The notes under the pieces: generated by a model
What the model saw: only the letters and a program-made list of their open reading frames with translations
Databases searched by the model: none
Told to the model about the DNA's origin: nothing
Origin: a bacterium
GTDB taxonomy: Bacteria; SAR324; XYD2-FULL-50-16
Length of the DNA: 64,000 nt
Direction: 5' to 3'
Assembly: GCA_032250835.1 (NCBI GenBank)
Contig: JAVVEA010000009.1
Location: 64,001 to 128,000 of the forward strand
Translations under genes and position numbers: made by a program
Shown here: positions 48,682 to 57,421 of the stretch, one piece after another
How the letters are laid out: each line of letters opens with the position of its first letter
Position numbering within the stretch: the stretch's first letter is position 1

Positions 48682-48987
48682 TTATACCGGTTCGGGGGGC
48701 CAGGGAATATCGGCCTCTGTATTCATTGCCGCAAAATTCAAACTTGCGGGTAAATCGCGTAACTGCTGGCGGTAAACTGCCCACTCGGATTGCATATCCG
48801 GGGTAATGGGTGCATCCGGCAATTGGGTCCAGTCGCAATCTAGCAATTTCTCACCACGCACTACGGTAAACCGCCAACGAAGGAAATCGGCCCACAGGGC
48901 AGGGTCACCAGCCTTGGTAATTTCTCGCCATTCATCAGGCAAATAACCTTTCGTTGTATCGCCCGGAAAATGTAAAAATGAATTCAT
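48682..48987 (-). CDS. Tail fibre assembly chaperone-like protein
   Basis: R..LL.CDWTQLPDAP...W..YRQQLRDLP...WPPEP motif typical of phage tail assembly chaperones. Confidence 0.88.
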   Translation of the reverse strand: MNSFLHFPGDTTKGYLPDEWREITKAGDPALWADFLRWRFTVVRGEKLLDCDWTQLPDAPITPDMQSEWAVYRQQLRDLPASLNFAAMNTEADIPWPPEPV

Positions 48988-50036
48988 GCGATCCTCTTAA
49001 TATAGATGACTGCGTAATAGCTTGGTCGGTTATCAATTGGGTCTCCGGAGCCCGTCAAACCGGACCCCCCGGAATAATTAGGTAAATCAACCGAGGTACG
49101 GTGCTGATGTTTTTCGGCGGCCCAAAAAGCAGCATTATTCCACTCCTGCAATTTACTATGCAAATCAGTTGGTGTGTTGTAATTGCCACCACCTGAGATA
49201 CCGTAACCGCCAATACCCCAGACGCCTGAATTGTAGGCAATATTATGATTATGTATACCGTCACGACCACCAATGTCCGTTCGGGAGTCAAAATCCGTTG
49301 AGGGGTGCTTGTGGTCAATACTATGAAAATGTGAGGGCAGTTGCCCGGTATTTAAGCTGAAGCTGTTCAAACCACCGGTGGACCCGGCTGTCTCGACGTC
49401 AGTACGCCCTTTGACGAATTGATCGCGCAGATCAAGCAACAAGGTGCCTGCACCAGGCAAGTTTGCCGGAACAGTCCCGCCCACACAGGCATACCAACCC
49501 TTCATGGTGACATTGTCTTGCCAGTTCGTCCCATCGTACATCAAGATCGTGCCCACCGGCATCACCTGAGCCGAAGCCCCCTGGGGGTCCCGGGGGGCGA
49601 TCCACTTAACGAAAGCGGTCGAGGTCTCTAGACCCTCTTGTTTAAAGCCCACCTGTACCAACGGGAACTGGAATTCAGTGGGCGCAAAGTCGGCAAACTG
49701 AGGTAATTCCAATACTTTGATCAGGCTGTTGGCCGGGGTGGTTTGGTCGTACTCGGCATAATAGACCTTACGAACCAAGGGGTCCAAATTAGTGATCGTC
49801 GCCGAAGGATAGGTCAACCGGTCGGTAGACCCGTCCTCAAAGACCCACTGGACCTCCACGTTTTCTAAGGCAGCTACATTCAAACTGCCGCCCAGCAAGC
49901 GGCTGCCCCGGTTCTGTGCCTCTGCGACCCAACTGCTGACATGGTGGTTGTCCCAGAAGATATTTTCCCAGGCATTATGGGTTGCCTGAGGTAGGATCAG
50001 GCCTAAGCCCGTTTGGCTTTCTAAAAATACAGTCAT
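48984..50036 (-). CDS. Tail fibre with collar domain and HxH metal-binding tip
   Basis: MPVGTILMY..GWYAC..DLRDQFVKG..GSTGG..QLPSHFH..HKH..HNH..HQH..NRPSYYAVIYIKR. Confidence 0.85.
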   Translation of the reverse strand: MTVFLESQTGLGLILPQATHNAWENIFWDNHHVSSWVAEAQNRGSRLLGGSLNVAALENVEVQWVFEDGSTDRLTYPSATITNLDPLVRKVYYAEYDQTTPANSLIKVLELPQFADFAPTEFQFPLVQVGFKQEGLETSTAFVKWIAPRDPQGASAQVMPVGTILMYDGTNWQDNVTMKGWYACVGGTVPANLPGAGTLLLDLRDQFVKGRTDVETAGSTGGLNSFSLNTGQLPSHFHSIDHKHPSTDFDSRTDIGGRDGIHNHNIAYNSGVWGIGGYGISGGGNYNTPTDLHSKLQEWNNAAFWAAEKHQHRTSVDLPNYSGGSGLTGSGDPIDNRPSYYAVIYIKRIA

Positions 50037-50542
50037 CTTCCAAATCTCCTTGCAAATTGGGTTCGACCAAAGCCCGCGTTGTTATCCCGCTGGACCAGAT
50101 GGAAGTGCTTGCTGCAGCGCGCAGGCAGCACAAAGGTTAAATAGCGCTTAATCTCTTCAAAAACCGCATCAGACACCGGCGATACCCAAATCCTCACCGC
50201 GAAGTGGGGGTACCGGTCTGCATCCGGTTGGTGGCGCAGTTCCAGGTATTCAAAATCGGTGAGCCCAAAGACTTCTTGGATCAAGGGCATGGCATCGGCG
50301 CGCCCGTAGCGTTCCAAATATTGCTCATACTGTTTTAAGAAACTATTGCGGCTCTCTGCGGGCAAATCGGGCTTGAGCGGCAAGAGGTCCCAGTATTGAT
50401 CCCGCAGGGTAACGGGCATGCTGTCGAAGTGAACCAGATCCGCTAGCTTGGCCACCAAAGGGGTCATGAAGTCCCAAACCGCTTGGGCCAATGAATTAAG
50501 ATCCTGGATCGGACGGTTCGAAAGCCACCATTTCTGGATCAT
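50033..50542 (-). CDS. Baseplate wedge / tail protein I-like
   Basis: Position between baseplate J and fibre; YGRADAM..I and LPARC resemble gpI-type motifs. Confidence 0.6.
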   Translation of the reverse strand: MIQKWWLSNRPIQDLNSLAQAVWDFMTPLVAKLADLVHFDSMPVTLRDQYWDLLPLKPDLPAESRNSFLKQYEQYLERYGRADAMPLIQEVFGLTDFEYLELRHQPDADRYPHFAVRIWVSPVSDAVFEEIKRYLTFVLPARCSKHFHLVQRDNNAGFGRTQFARRFGR

Positions 50543-51651
50543 AAGACCACCTGTAGATTGATGGTTGGATAGAAAAAGGTCGCCCCAATGAGCTCTTCCA
50601 AATCGGGGGTGATCTCGATGGGCGTACCCACTAACTCAGGGAACCGCTCATAAAGCCAAAGGGCCAACAAAGAAGAATAAAAATCTGCCCCGCGCTCGAT
50701 TTGCTCAAAATAAGCTTCAATTTGTTTGGTGACCTCTACTTGATTGACAGCGGCATGCAGCACCACGGTTAAATTAAAACCATAAGAAGCAGCAGGAGTC
50801 ACATCAGCCACATCGGTGCTCATCAAGACCGCATCCAAAGCGGCTTGTGCCAAGGCCACATCGTCCTCGTGAATCGTACCGGCCCCGTAGACCACATAGT
50901 TGAGTATTCCGTTGGAAGGGGTCACCGACTCAAGCTTGGCATATTTAACGGCGCTCACCGATTCCAAAGCCGCCAAATATTTGGCATCCACCCCATATTG
51001 CAGATTCTGTGACCATTTTTTGGCAAAAATCCGGTCCCGTAAGGCGTCATCGGTTTCTAGGTCCCTTCCGCCTTGCACACTGCTCAAGTTGGTGATCGAA
51101 TCAATGGGTAAGGTAGTCCCCAAAGTCTTCGAGATTTGTCCTGCCGCCACATTGTAGCGGCTACCCATCTCTAAGGCCTCTACTTCGATCAGACACAGAT
51201 CAGGGTCACCACCGACAACCTCGCTGGCATCTACGGCAAAACTATATTCTTGAGTCGTTTTATATTGCCGGGGATTGGGCTCCAGCACGTAAAAGATAGT
51301 ACCCACAGGGATGTTTAAAGGCTGCCCGTTGGTCTTCATCACCTGGAGTTCAAAGACCGCCTTGGCCCCTGGGTCTCGGCTTAAGTCATAGTCTTCGGCG
51401 AAGCGCTCCAACCAGGTTCCGGTAGCGCTGGAGATGAAAAGCTGCGGCAACATCGCTTTGACCGACTCCCGAAAGAGGCGGTAGGGCTCGCGGAAAAGGG
51501 CGTAAAAGATATTAAACAAAACCGAGTTCTTGGTGCGCGCTGCTTCGGCGTAGATGGTTCCAGATAGATTTTGGTCTATGGCCCCGTCGATGGCATTTTC
51601 GTCTCCCAGGCCGATTTCGGTCATTAGCTGGTCAATGGTTGCGGAATCCAT
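50539..51651 (-). CDS. Baseplate J/gp47 family protein
   Basis: SATGTWLERFAEDY.L.R, IPVGT, VEALEMGSRYNV, GGRDLETDDALRDRI. Confidence 0.92.
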   Translation of the reverse strand: MDSATIDQLMTEIGLGDENAIDGAIDQNLSGTIYAEAARTKNSVLFNIFYALFREPYRLFRESVKAMLPQLFISSATGTWLERFAEDYDLSRDPGAKAVFELQVMKTNGQPLNIPVGTIFYVLEPNPRQYKTTQEYSFAVDASEVVGGDPDLCLIEVEALEMGSRYNVAAGQISKTLGTTLPIDSITNLSSVQGGRDLETDDALRDRIFAKKWSQNLQYGVDAKYLAALESVSAVKYAKLESVTPSNGILNYVVYGAGTIHEDDVALAQAALDAVLMSTDVADVTPAASYGFNLTVVLHAAVNQVEVTKQIEAYFEQIERGADFYSSLLALWLYERFPELVGTPIEITPDLEELIGATFFYPTINLQVVL

Positions 51652-51756
51652 TCTGTCCTTTGATGAAAGTTGAAAAAGTGATTGCCCAAAGCTCTACGGC
51701 TTTACTTAAAACCCTCTACTAAAGCTGACCTTTGAACAATGTTGAGTTAAGCCTGT

Positions 51757-52365
51757 TTAGCTTTTTGTCAGTTCACCTAATTTGATCTGGGACTTCATAT
51801 CCTCAAGTAGCTGATTGAACTGCGTGGCATTGGCCGTCAACGTCGCATACCCTGGTACAGGTGTGTTGGTACCGCTTCCGCCATTCTGTCCGATAGCATC
51901 AAGGCAGTTCCAAAGCAGTGTTAATAAATCGGTTAAAGGCTTTGCCAATACTGCTTGATCCATAGTGGACGCGCTGGCCCCCAAAATAATCTGGTCCGCA
52001 CCGCTCAACTCCAAAACCCCTTCTTGGGGATTCACTTCTTTTTGGTCGTGTAAGATGGCCAGGACCACCGCCGAGTTGGCGAGCCCCTCAACAAAGGCCA
52101 ACAACACCCGGTCCCCGGCTCTGGGCGGGTCGCTCACATGGCGGCTGGCGCGCACCAGCGGGACTTTCTCGATAATCGCAAACCCGGCCTTGGGCTGCAT
52201 CTGGTGGTCCAGCAGGGTCAGGTCAACGCAAGCCAAGGGCTGGAGCCGCTCATGCTGGCCGGCCCTAGAGTGGACCTGCTCGACTTGGGCAAAGCTCAGT
52301 TGGCTATAGCCGCCCAATTCGGGCCGGGCGCGGGCCATGGTTTGGGCTAGATCTTTAGGATTCAT
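51757..52365 (-). CDS. Baseplate central spike (gpV-like)
   Basis: OB-fold pattern VDL...VP...PPRAGDRVLLAFVEG...VVLAIL; IILG...AVLA. Confidence 0.75.
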   Translation of the reverse strand: MNPKDLAQTMARARPELGGYSQLSFAQVEQVHSRAGQHERLQPLACVDLTLLDHQMQPKAGFAIIEKVPLVRASRHVSDPPRAGDRVLLAFVEGLANSAVVLAILHDQKEVNPQEGVLELSGADQIILGASASTMDQAVLAKPLTDLLTLLWNCLDAIGQNGGSGTNTPVPGYATLTANATQFNQLLEDMKSQIKLGELTKS

Positions 52366-52729
52366 AAAAAATATTCTCAAAGTAGAGGGAGGTGGTCACC
52401 GCCTGATCGTTGGTCAGCTCCAGACTGATCGAGAGCTGGTCTCCTTCTAGTTGGTAGCGCAGACTGCCGGGCAGGATTTCGCTGTTTTCGGCCTCCAGAC
52501 TTTCCATCAAACGCAACGCCAACTCAGCCGCTTCGGTCGGCTCCGCTTGATACAAGGCACGGGTCAAGGGATTGTCGCGCAGCGAGATGAATAAAGACTG
52601 GATCAATGCTTGATCGCCGTGCACCAATTGGGGCTCCCAAAAGCCTTCGGGCAATTCGCCTTGCGGCAAGGTCAAGTCCCAGTCGATGCCCAACTGGTCG
52701 GCATTCCATTTCAGGTCCACTAAGGTCAT
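52355..52729 (-). CDS. Putative baseplate wedge / sheath initiator (gpW/gp25-like)
   Basis: 124 aa; LVHGDQALIQSL...EILPGSL; location in the baseplate block. Confidence 0.55.
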   Translation of the reverse strand: MTLVDLKWNADQLGIDWDLTLPQGELPEGFWEPQLVHGDQALIQSLFISLRDNPLTRALYQAEPTEAAELALRLMESLEAENSEILPGSLRYQLEGDQLSISLELTNDQAVTTSLYFENIFYES

Positions 52730-52741
52730 GGGTTCGTTTCG

Positions 52742-53464
52742 TTAAAAGGTTAAGGCTCGGTTGCCTGCCGGTACTGTTTGGCTGTCGAACCGCAGGGTCA
52801 TGGCGTCGTTATAAGAATCAAAAATGAGCCGGTCGACCACCTCTTCCTTACCCAGCCATTGGACCCGCGTGTATGGCCGCAGGCCTGCCACGGGGTTCAG
52901 TTGAAGCCCTTCGGAGGTTTCAGAGCGATACAAGCTGGTGTCTAAAGTAACGGCCTGCTTCGAAAAGGCCCCGTCGCCCAGTAGGTTTAAAGTCATCAAC
53001 TCCCAGTCCAGTTGCCAGCGTGCCGGACCTAGCCCAAAAATCAGATGGGTCTGATCCAAGCTGTTACGGCAGTTGCCCATAAAGAGCAGGTTCTCCGGGC
53101 GCTCCTTAGGCAGGGTCCCCTGAACGGAAAACCCCATCTGCCAGCTCTTCGCCAGCGCTCGGTAGACCTCAAGGTAAGATACCCCCAGCAGCTGGCGGGG
53201 GAAGGGACGGTCCAAGAGGTAGCGCAGGGGCTCGATATAAAAGCTTTCGAAGCGATCCGCCGCCAGTTGGCATTCTTCCACCAGCAACATCGGGCAATAG
53301 GTAGCTAAGCCAAAGCGGTCCCCAATGGCGAGCGTATAGGCCGATTCGTCTTTAGCCGGCTCGACGGTCTCCACTTTTAAGCGAGCAGGCCTGCAACGCT
53401 CTAAGGTCAGCTCAAAACGCTCAGGGTAAAAATGCCCTTTAGTTCCTTTCAGCGAAAGAATCAT
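52742..53464 (-). CDS. Putative baseplate hub (gpD-like), short form
   Basis: Beta-rich 240 aa protein with PVAGLRPY near the C-terminus; position after the tape-measure block. Confidence 0.5.
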   Translation of the reverse strand: MILSLKGTKGHFYPERFELTLERCRPARLKVETVEPAKDESAYTLAIGDRFGLATYCPMLLVEECQLAADRFESFYIEPLRYLLDRPFPRQLLGVSYLEVYRALAKSWQMGFSVQGTLPKERPENLLFMGNCRNSLDQTHLIFGLGPARWQLDWELMTLNLLGDGAFSKQAVTLDTSLYRSETSEGLQLNPVAGLRPYTRVQWLGKEEVVDRLIFDSYNDAMTLRFDSQTVPAGNRALTF

Positions 53465-54069
53465 GCCCCCTCACCCAAGGCTTGCTGCGCCGCTAAGGCA
53501 AATTGATTGACCAGAGCCTGAGAAGCCGGATCAGCCCGGGCCTGGGCGGTTGCTTTGGAGTAACTACCTGGATTGACCCGGTTGAGCAGCGCCACTTTTT
53601 GAGAAATCAGCTTTTCGGTGGCCGTCGATTCGGCTTCCAGTTCTAAGTTCACCACCACCCGGTCTACCCGGAAATTCAATTGCCGCTCAGTGACCAGTAC
53701 ATTTAACAAGCCCAAGCTTTGGATGTAGGGATGTAGGGCTTCATATACCTCACCGGCGTAAAAAAAAGATTGAAACCGGCTGAGCTGGTCCCCGATCGTT
53801 GTCTGGTCCTGCAAAACTTGAGGGTCCAATTGGTCATCAAAGAGCCAGGCTTCGATACTTAACGCTGACCGGTCTAAAATCTGGGCTCCGCGTTTACGGC
53901 AGCGTTCCTCGAGGGACAAAATACGGCCAAATCGAAACTCCAAAGGACTCCCGAGGGGGCCCGTACCATTGGACTGCGACGAGCCGCTAGAAGGTTTGGC
54001 GCTAGCATGGTCCTTAAGCTTTTGCCGGAGGATTAAGGGCGCGTCGTGGATCTGTTGTGCGTTGTACAT
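53461..54069 (-). CDS. Putative tail tube initiator (gpU-like)
   Basis: Position directly after the tape-measure slot; HPYIQSLGL.NVLV motif; assignment mainly by synteny. Confidence 0.4.
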   Translation of the reverse strand: MYNAQQIHDAPLILRQKLKDHASAKPSSGSSQSNGTGPLGSPLEFRFGRILSLEERCRKRGAQILDRSALSIEAWLFDDQLDPQVLQDQTTIGDQLSRFQSFFYAGEVYEALHPYIQSLGLLNVLVTERQLNFRVDRVVVNLELEAESTATEKLISQKVALLNRVNPGSYSKATAQARADPASQALVNQFALAAQQALGEGA

Positions 54070-54106
54070 CAGTTTAGCTGTCTAAAGTTGGGCCCTAAAA
54101 AGAGGC

Positions 54107-55201
54107 CTATTTGTAACTGGCCAATAGTTCCCGGCTCAATCCGCCTTGAACCTGAATTTGATATCTTTGCTGGTGGTAAATCCGGTTCACAGTGGAGACC
54201 GATTCATGGCCCGAAGGTTTAGTGGAATGCGATGATTCATCTTGAAACCGGAGGAAAGCCCTTCGAGCGGCCCCTTCGTGGGGACGGTTGCGGGCTAGAT
54301 GGCCCTGGGCAGGTTCCATCGCCAGTTTCTTGAGGGCCTTTAAGGAATCCATCACCCTTTCGGTCTGTTTCCAGGACCACATCGGGGCGGGCCGGCTTAT
54401 ATCAACCGCAGGATACTGGGGCAGGACCCGACTCAACGGGCCCTTCGAGGGCGCTGCTTGCACCTCTGCCCCGTTCGCGGCCAAGGGCTTAAACCCGCCT
54501 GGAAGTAGGTTTCGAGCCAGGACGACCTCGCGCCCTTTAGGCCCCTCAAAGGCAAAAGCAACTAAGTTGTTTGAAAGACCCGCTACGGCTCTCGGCAGCT
54601 CAATTGTTTTAGCGAACCCTGCCGTTGGAGCCGTCCAAGGAGCCGCAAGCCTGGGGATAGCGGGCAAAAAGAACTCCGTCGCGGCTTGTTTTAGACCAAA
54701 CTGCGCCGGGGACTTTAAGGGGCCCCCAAATCGCGCTAGAGGTTCACTCCATTGCGCCCCTTCGTTCCAGCGGACACGAGCAGGTAGGCCCTTGAGTGAA
54801 GGGGCAGCCGGTGGGGACAAAGGACCCCCTCGTCTAACCTGGGATGTCAGAACACTCAAGACCGGTGCTGGCTGCTGTCGCTCGAACACCAACGCTCCCG
54901 GCCATAAATTAGGCAAAGAACCCTCGCGTCGCGGGCTCTGCGGCGAATCAGCGGACGCCAAGTTCTTGAGGGTATGCCCAGGGTCAAGGGGGCCCCACCA
55001 AAGCAGCGGATTCGCGCTGCTAGCTAACTGACCCAGCCCCTTTAAGGACTCAAAAAGACTCAGGAACCCGAAAAATTTATGCCAACCAAGTAAAGGGAAA
55101 AGCTCTACTTTAAGCGGGAAACTTAGTTGTCTGATTTTGTCCGCATCATTGTGCGGACGTGAACCTTGCGGTAGATGGATGATTTGGAACATAGGGGGCA
55201 C
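54107..55201 (-). CDS. Pro-rich protein in the tape-measure position
   Basis: Open 364 aa frame between chaperone and baseplate genes; the composition is not that of a helical TMP. Confidence 0.5.
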   Translation of the reverse strand: MPPMFQIIHLPQGSRPHNDADKIRQLSFPLKVELFPLLGWHKFFGFLSLFESLKGLGQLASSANPLLWWGPLDPGHTLKNLASADSPQSPRREGSLPNLWPGALVFERQQPAPVLSVLTSQVRRGGPLSPPAAPSLKGLPARVRWNEGAQWSEPLARFGGPLKSPAQFGLKQAATEFFLPAIPRLAAPWTAPTAGFAKTIELPRAVAGLSNNLVAFAFEGPKGREVVLARNLLPGGFKPLAANGAEVQAAPSKGPLSRVLPQYPAVDISRPAPMWSWKQTERVMDSLKALKKLAMEPAQGHLARNRPHEGAARRAFLRFQDESSHSTKPSGHESVSTVNRIYHQQRYQIQVQGGLSRELLASYK

Positions 55202-55209
55202 TCTTTAAA

Positions 55210-55425
55210 CTAGGTGAGCAGCAATTCAGCCAGACTTTGGCTCCATTTGGCGTAGCTGCGGCGTTCCAATTCCAAGGCTTGGGCCAAGGCCAAGTCATAG
55301 GCTTCATCGTCCAGTTGGCAAGGGTCGGCCGCGAGCCCGTAAGACTTAATCAAGCCGTCATGGACCTCTATATAGGTCAGCGGACGGTGGGGGTCCCGAT
55401 AACGACTTGATTGCTGGCCAAAAAA
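55210..55425 (-). CDS. -1 frameshift extension (T / E' part) of the tail assembly chaperone
   Basis: Open -1 frame with no ATG from the slippery site to TAG 55210: FGQQSSRYRDPHRPLTYIEVHDGLIKSYGLAADPCQLDDEAYDLALAQALELERRSYAKWSQSLAELLLT*. Confidence 0.7.
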   Translation of the reverse strand, partial: FFGQQSSRYRDPHRPLTYIEVHDGLIKSYGLAADPCQLDDEAYDLALAQALELERRSYAKWSQSLAELLLT

Positions 55426-55703
55426 GGGGTCAAGGCCCCCATGATCGCCACCTCTAAGGTGAAGTTCGCCGGATCATTGAGCAGTTGAACTAAGGTTTCC
55501 TTTTGGTCTGCGCGCACCCCGGCCAAAAGCCAACGGCGGCTGATCGAAAACCGGTCGGACTCTTCGCTTAAGTCCATAACCAATTGGGCCACCTGATTGC
55601 GGCTGTAGCAAAACTCAAAATCGATGGTCCCCTGGGCCGTTTCGATGGGAACCTGCGCGGTCCTATTTTGGGCTAGGACGTTTGTGGTTTGGTCTTGATG
55701 CAT
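55377..55703 (-). CDS. Tail assembly chaperone (G / E part)
   Basis: 108 aa from ATG 55703 with AAAGGA RBS; lies between tube and tape-measure slot; contains ACC CCT TTT TTG. Confidence 0.75.
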   Translation of the reverse strand: MHQDQTTNVLAQNRTAQVPIETAQGTIDFEFCYSRNQVAQLVMDLSEESDRFSISRRWLLAGVRADQKETLVQLLNDPANFTLEVAIMGALTPFLASNQVVIGTPTVR

Positions 55704-55798
55704 GTCCTTTTGTGGTCTTGAAGTTGACCCCGTCCGGCGGGGCCAGACGGGGCCGCCGAGGCCCATAGAGGGGACGCTCGGCTATAGGGTTACAGGAG

Positions 55799-56236
55799 TT
55801 AAATGCCGCCGCGCGCCGGTGCACGCACCACCGAAACGCCGTTGATTTCCACGTCACCCGGCAGAATGGGCAGGTCGATTTCCAAGGCACCACCCTCGAG
55901 CTTTTTCATCTCCGGCAGACTGACCATCAAGCGCACTTGCTTGAGGACCACCCGGAAGGGCTCTTCACCCACCGGGCTGATGTCTAAGTTGATGAACTCA
56001 ATGGGGGCCATATCTTGCCAGCTGCCAGCCTGCTTGGCTAGGTTCGAAAAATGCTTGAGCGTCTCGGCTTTAATGCGGATGCTGCCTTTGACATCCACCC
56101 ACTGTTTGCTCAAAACCCCCTTTTCCATTTTCAGGTATTCGGGGATGTCTAATTTAATCGCGCTTAAAGTCACCAATTCGCCGTCGGGACTGATCACGCG
56201 AAGGTCATAAGCATCGTATGCAGTTGCTCCTGCCAT
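55799..56236 (-). CDS. Tail tube protein
   Basis: 145 aa, beta-rich, AAGGAG RBS; AKQAGSWQDMAPI and VEINGV resemble HP1-type (DUF2597) tubes. Confidence 0.8.
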   Translation of the reverse strand: MAGATAYDAYDLRVISPDGELVTLSAIKLDIPEYLKMEKGVLSKQWVDVKGSIRIKAETLKHFSNLAKQAGSWQDMAPIEFINLDISPVGEEPFRVVLKQVRLMVSLPEMKKLEGGALEIDLPILPGDVEINGVSVVRAPARGGI

Positions 56237-56246
56237 ATTGTTCTCC

Positions 56247-57317
56247 TTAGTTGGTCAATGAAATGGTGGTATCGACAATCTTGATGCGGTTCACATCAGA
56301 CAAAGTCAGGGCAATCGCGACACCGCCGGTCACCCAAGAGGCAGCCAGGCTGTAGTCGTAAATTTCCGGGGTCCGGCCGGGGCTGGGCTTTTTCATCAGC
56401 TCCAAACCCTTCGAGGCGATCACCGAAGCGGCCATAGCGCCCGACTCGTCTTTGTTGAACTTGTCGTCGTTGATCAAAGGGAAGGCGTAAAAAAGTACCT
56501 CCCGTTTGGCTTTGTTCAAGACGCGGCGCTGGGCCATGGTGGTCACTTGGTCTACTGCCGAAAACATGACTAAGTCATCGTTGACATAAACGGAGCTAGG
56601 ATCTTCAACGAAACGCTTGAAGAAAACGGCGCGGGCCAAATCCAAGGAAGCGAATTGGGTATTGCCATAGGCGGGGTCCACGTCCACGTTTTTCAAGCCG
56701 CCGTCGAGTACCTTACCCGCCGAGGCCTGAACCCGGATCCGGGCCAAGCGACCGCCGTAGGCACCTAACCACTTAGACTGAGTGGTCGGGGCAACGATCG
56801 AAATCCGACTGGAAGCAAAGCCGTCAAATTCCCAAGCGAACGCGGAGGCATAGTCATCGGGCAGTTCTTGGGTCGGCAGGCCCAAATCCGTGACTTGTCG
56901 GAAACGAATCACCGCCTCAAAGTAGCGTTTTTGGTTTTCCTGGGTCGCCAACTCGGCTTCCAAGGCCACGGCAAAATCGACGTTGGCGTCTTTGACGAAC
57001 AACAGGGTAGCTACCTCATAGGTAGCCGCCAAATCGTCGATGTAGGTACCCAGGTTGGCCGAAACCAAGCTACCGACCGGGACCAAATAGACCACGGCGA
57101 AAAAGCCGGAATCTGCGTTGGCCTGGGCGGTTTCCAATTCGCCGATCAATTCATCATTGCCAGCAAAGATAGTGGCCACATCGCTGGTGACGTCAATGGT
57201 GGTCATACCGGTCAAGCTGGCATGTTCGGCAAAATAGGCCTGCTTGAACTCCTGCCCCTGGGGTGCGGTAGGGCCGCCAGAGATGGTTTCATTTAGTTTA
57301 ATTCCCGTTACGGTCAT
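56247..57317 (-). CDS. Tail sheath protein (minimal, HP1 / DUF2586-like)
   Basis: 356 aa from ATG 57317 with AAGGAG RBS; GAYGGRLARIRVQASAGKVLDG, LD.AR, VYVND, RRVLNKAKREV. Confidence 0.82.
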   Translation of the reverse strand: MTVTGIKLNETISGGPTAPQGQEFKQAYFAEHASLTGMTTIDVTSDVATIFAGNDELIGELETAQANADSGFFAVVYLVPVGSLVSANLGTYIDDLAATYEVATLLFVKDANVDFAVALEAELATQENQKRYFEAVIRFRQVTDLGLPTQELPDDYASAFAWEFDGFASSRISIVAPTTQSKWLGAYGGRLARIRVQASAGKVLDGGLKNVDVDPAYGNTQFASLDLARAVFFKRFVEDPSSVYVNDDLVMFSAVDQVTTMAQRRVLNKAKREVLFYAFPLINDDKFNKDESGAMAASVIASKGLELMKKPSPGRTPEIYDYSLAASWVTGGVAIALTLSDVNRIKIVDTTISLTN

Positions 57318-57421
57318 AAGTTGGTTCTCCTTGAGAAGGAACAATTAAGGCTCCCTGGGTTCAGGAAGCTTGGAAGCGGCACCATGCCCCCAAGTTGGAG
57401 GCCCCCAAAAGGGGCCGATAG

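Noticed and set aside
48984-49340. Diversity-generating retroelement target in the fibre tip
   Set aside because: No reverse transcriptase and no second copy (template repeat) seen in the window.
54288-55031. 247 aa plus-strand ORF as the real gene in the tape-measure slot
   Set aside because: Antisense to an otherwise uniformly minus-strand operon, TTG start, no recognisable motifs.
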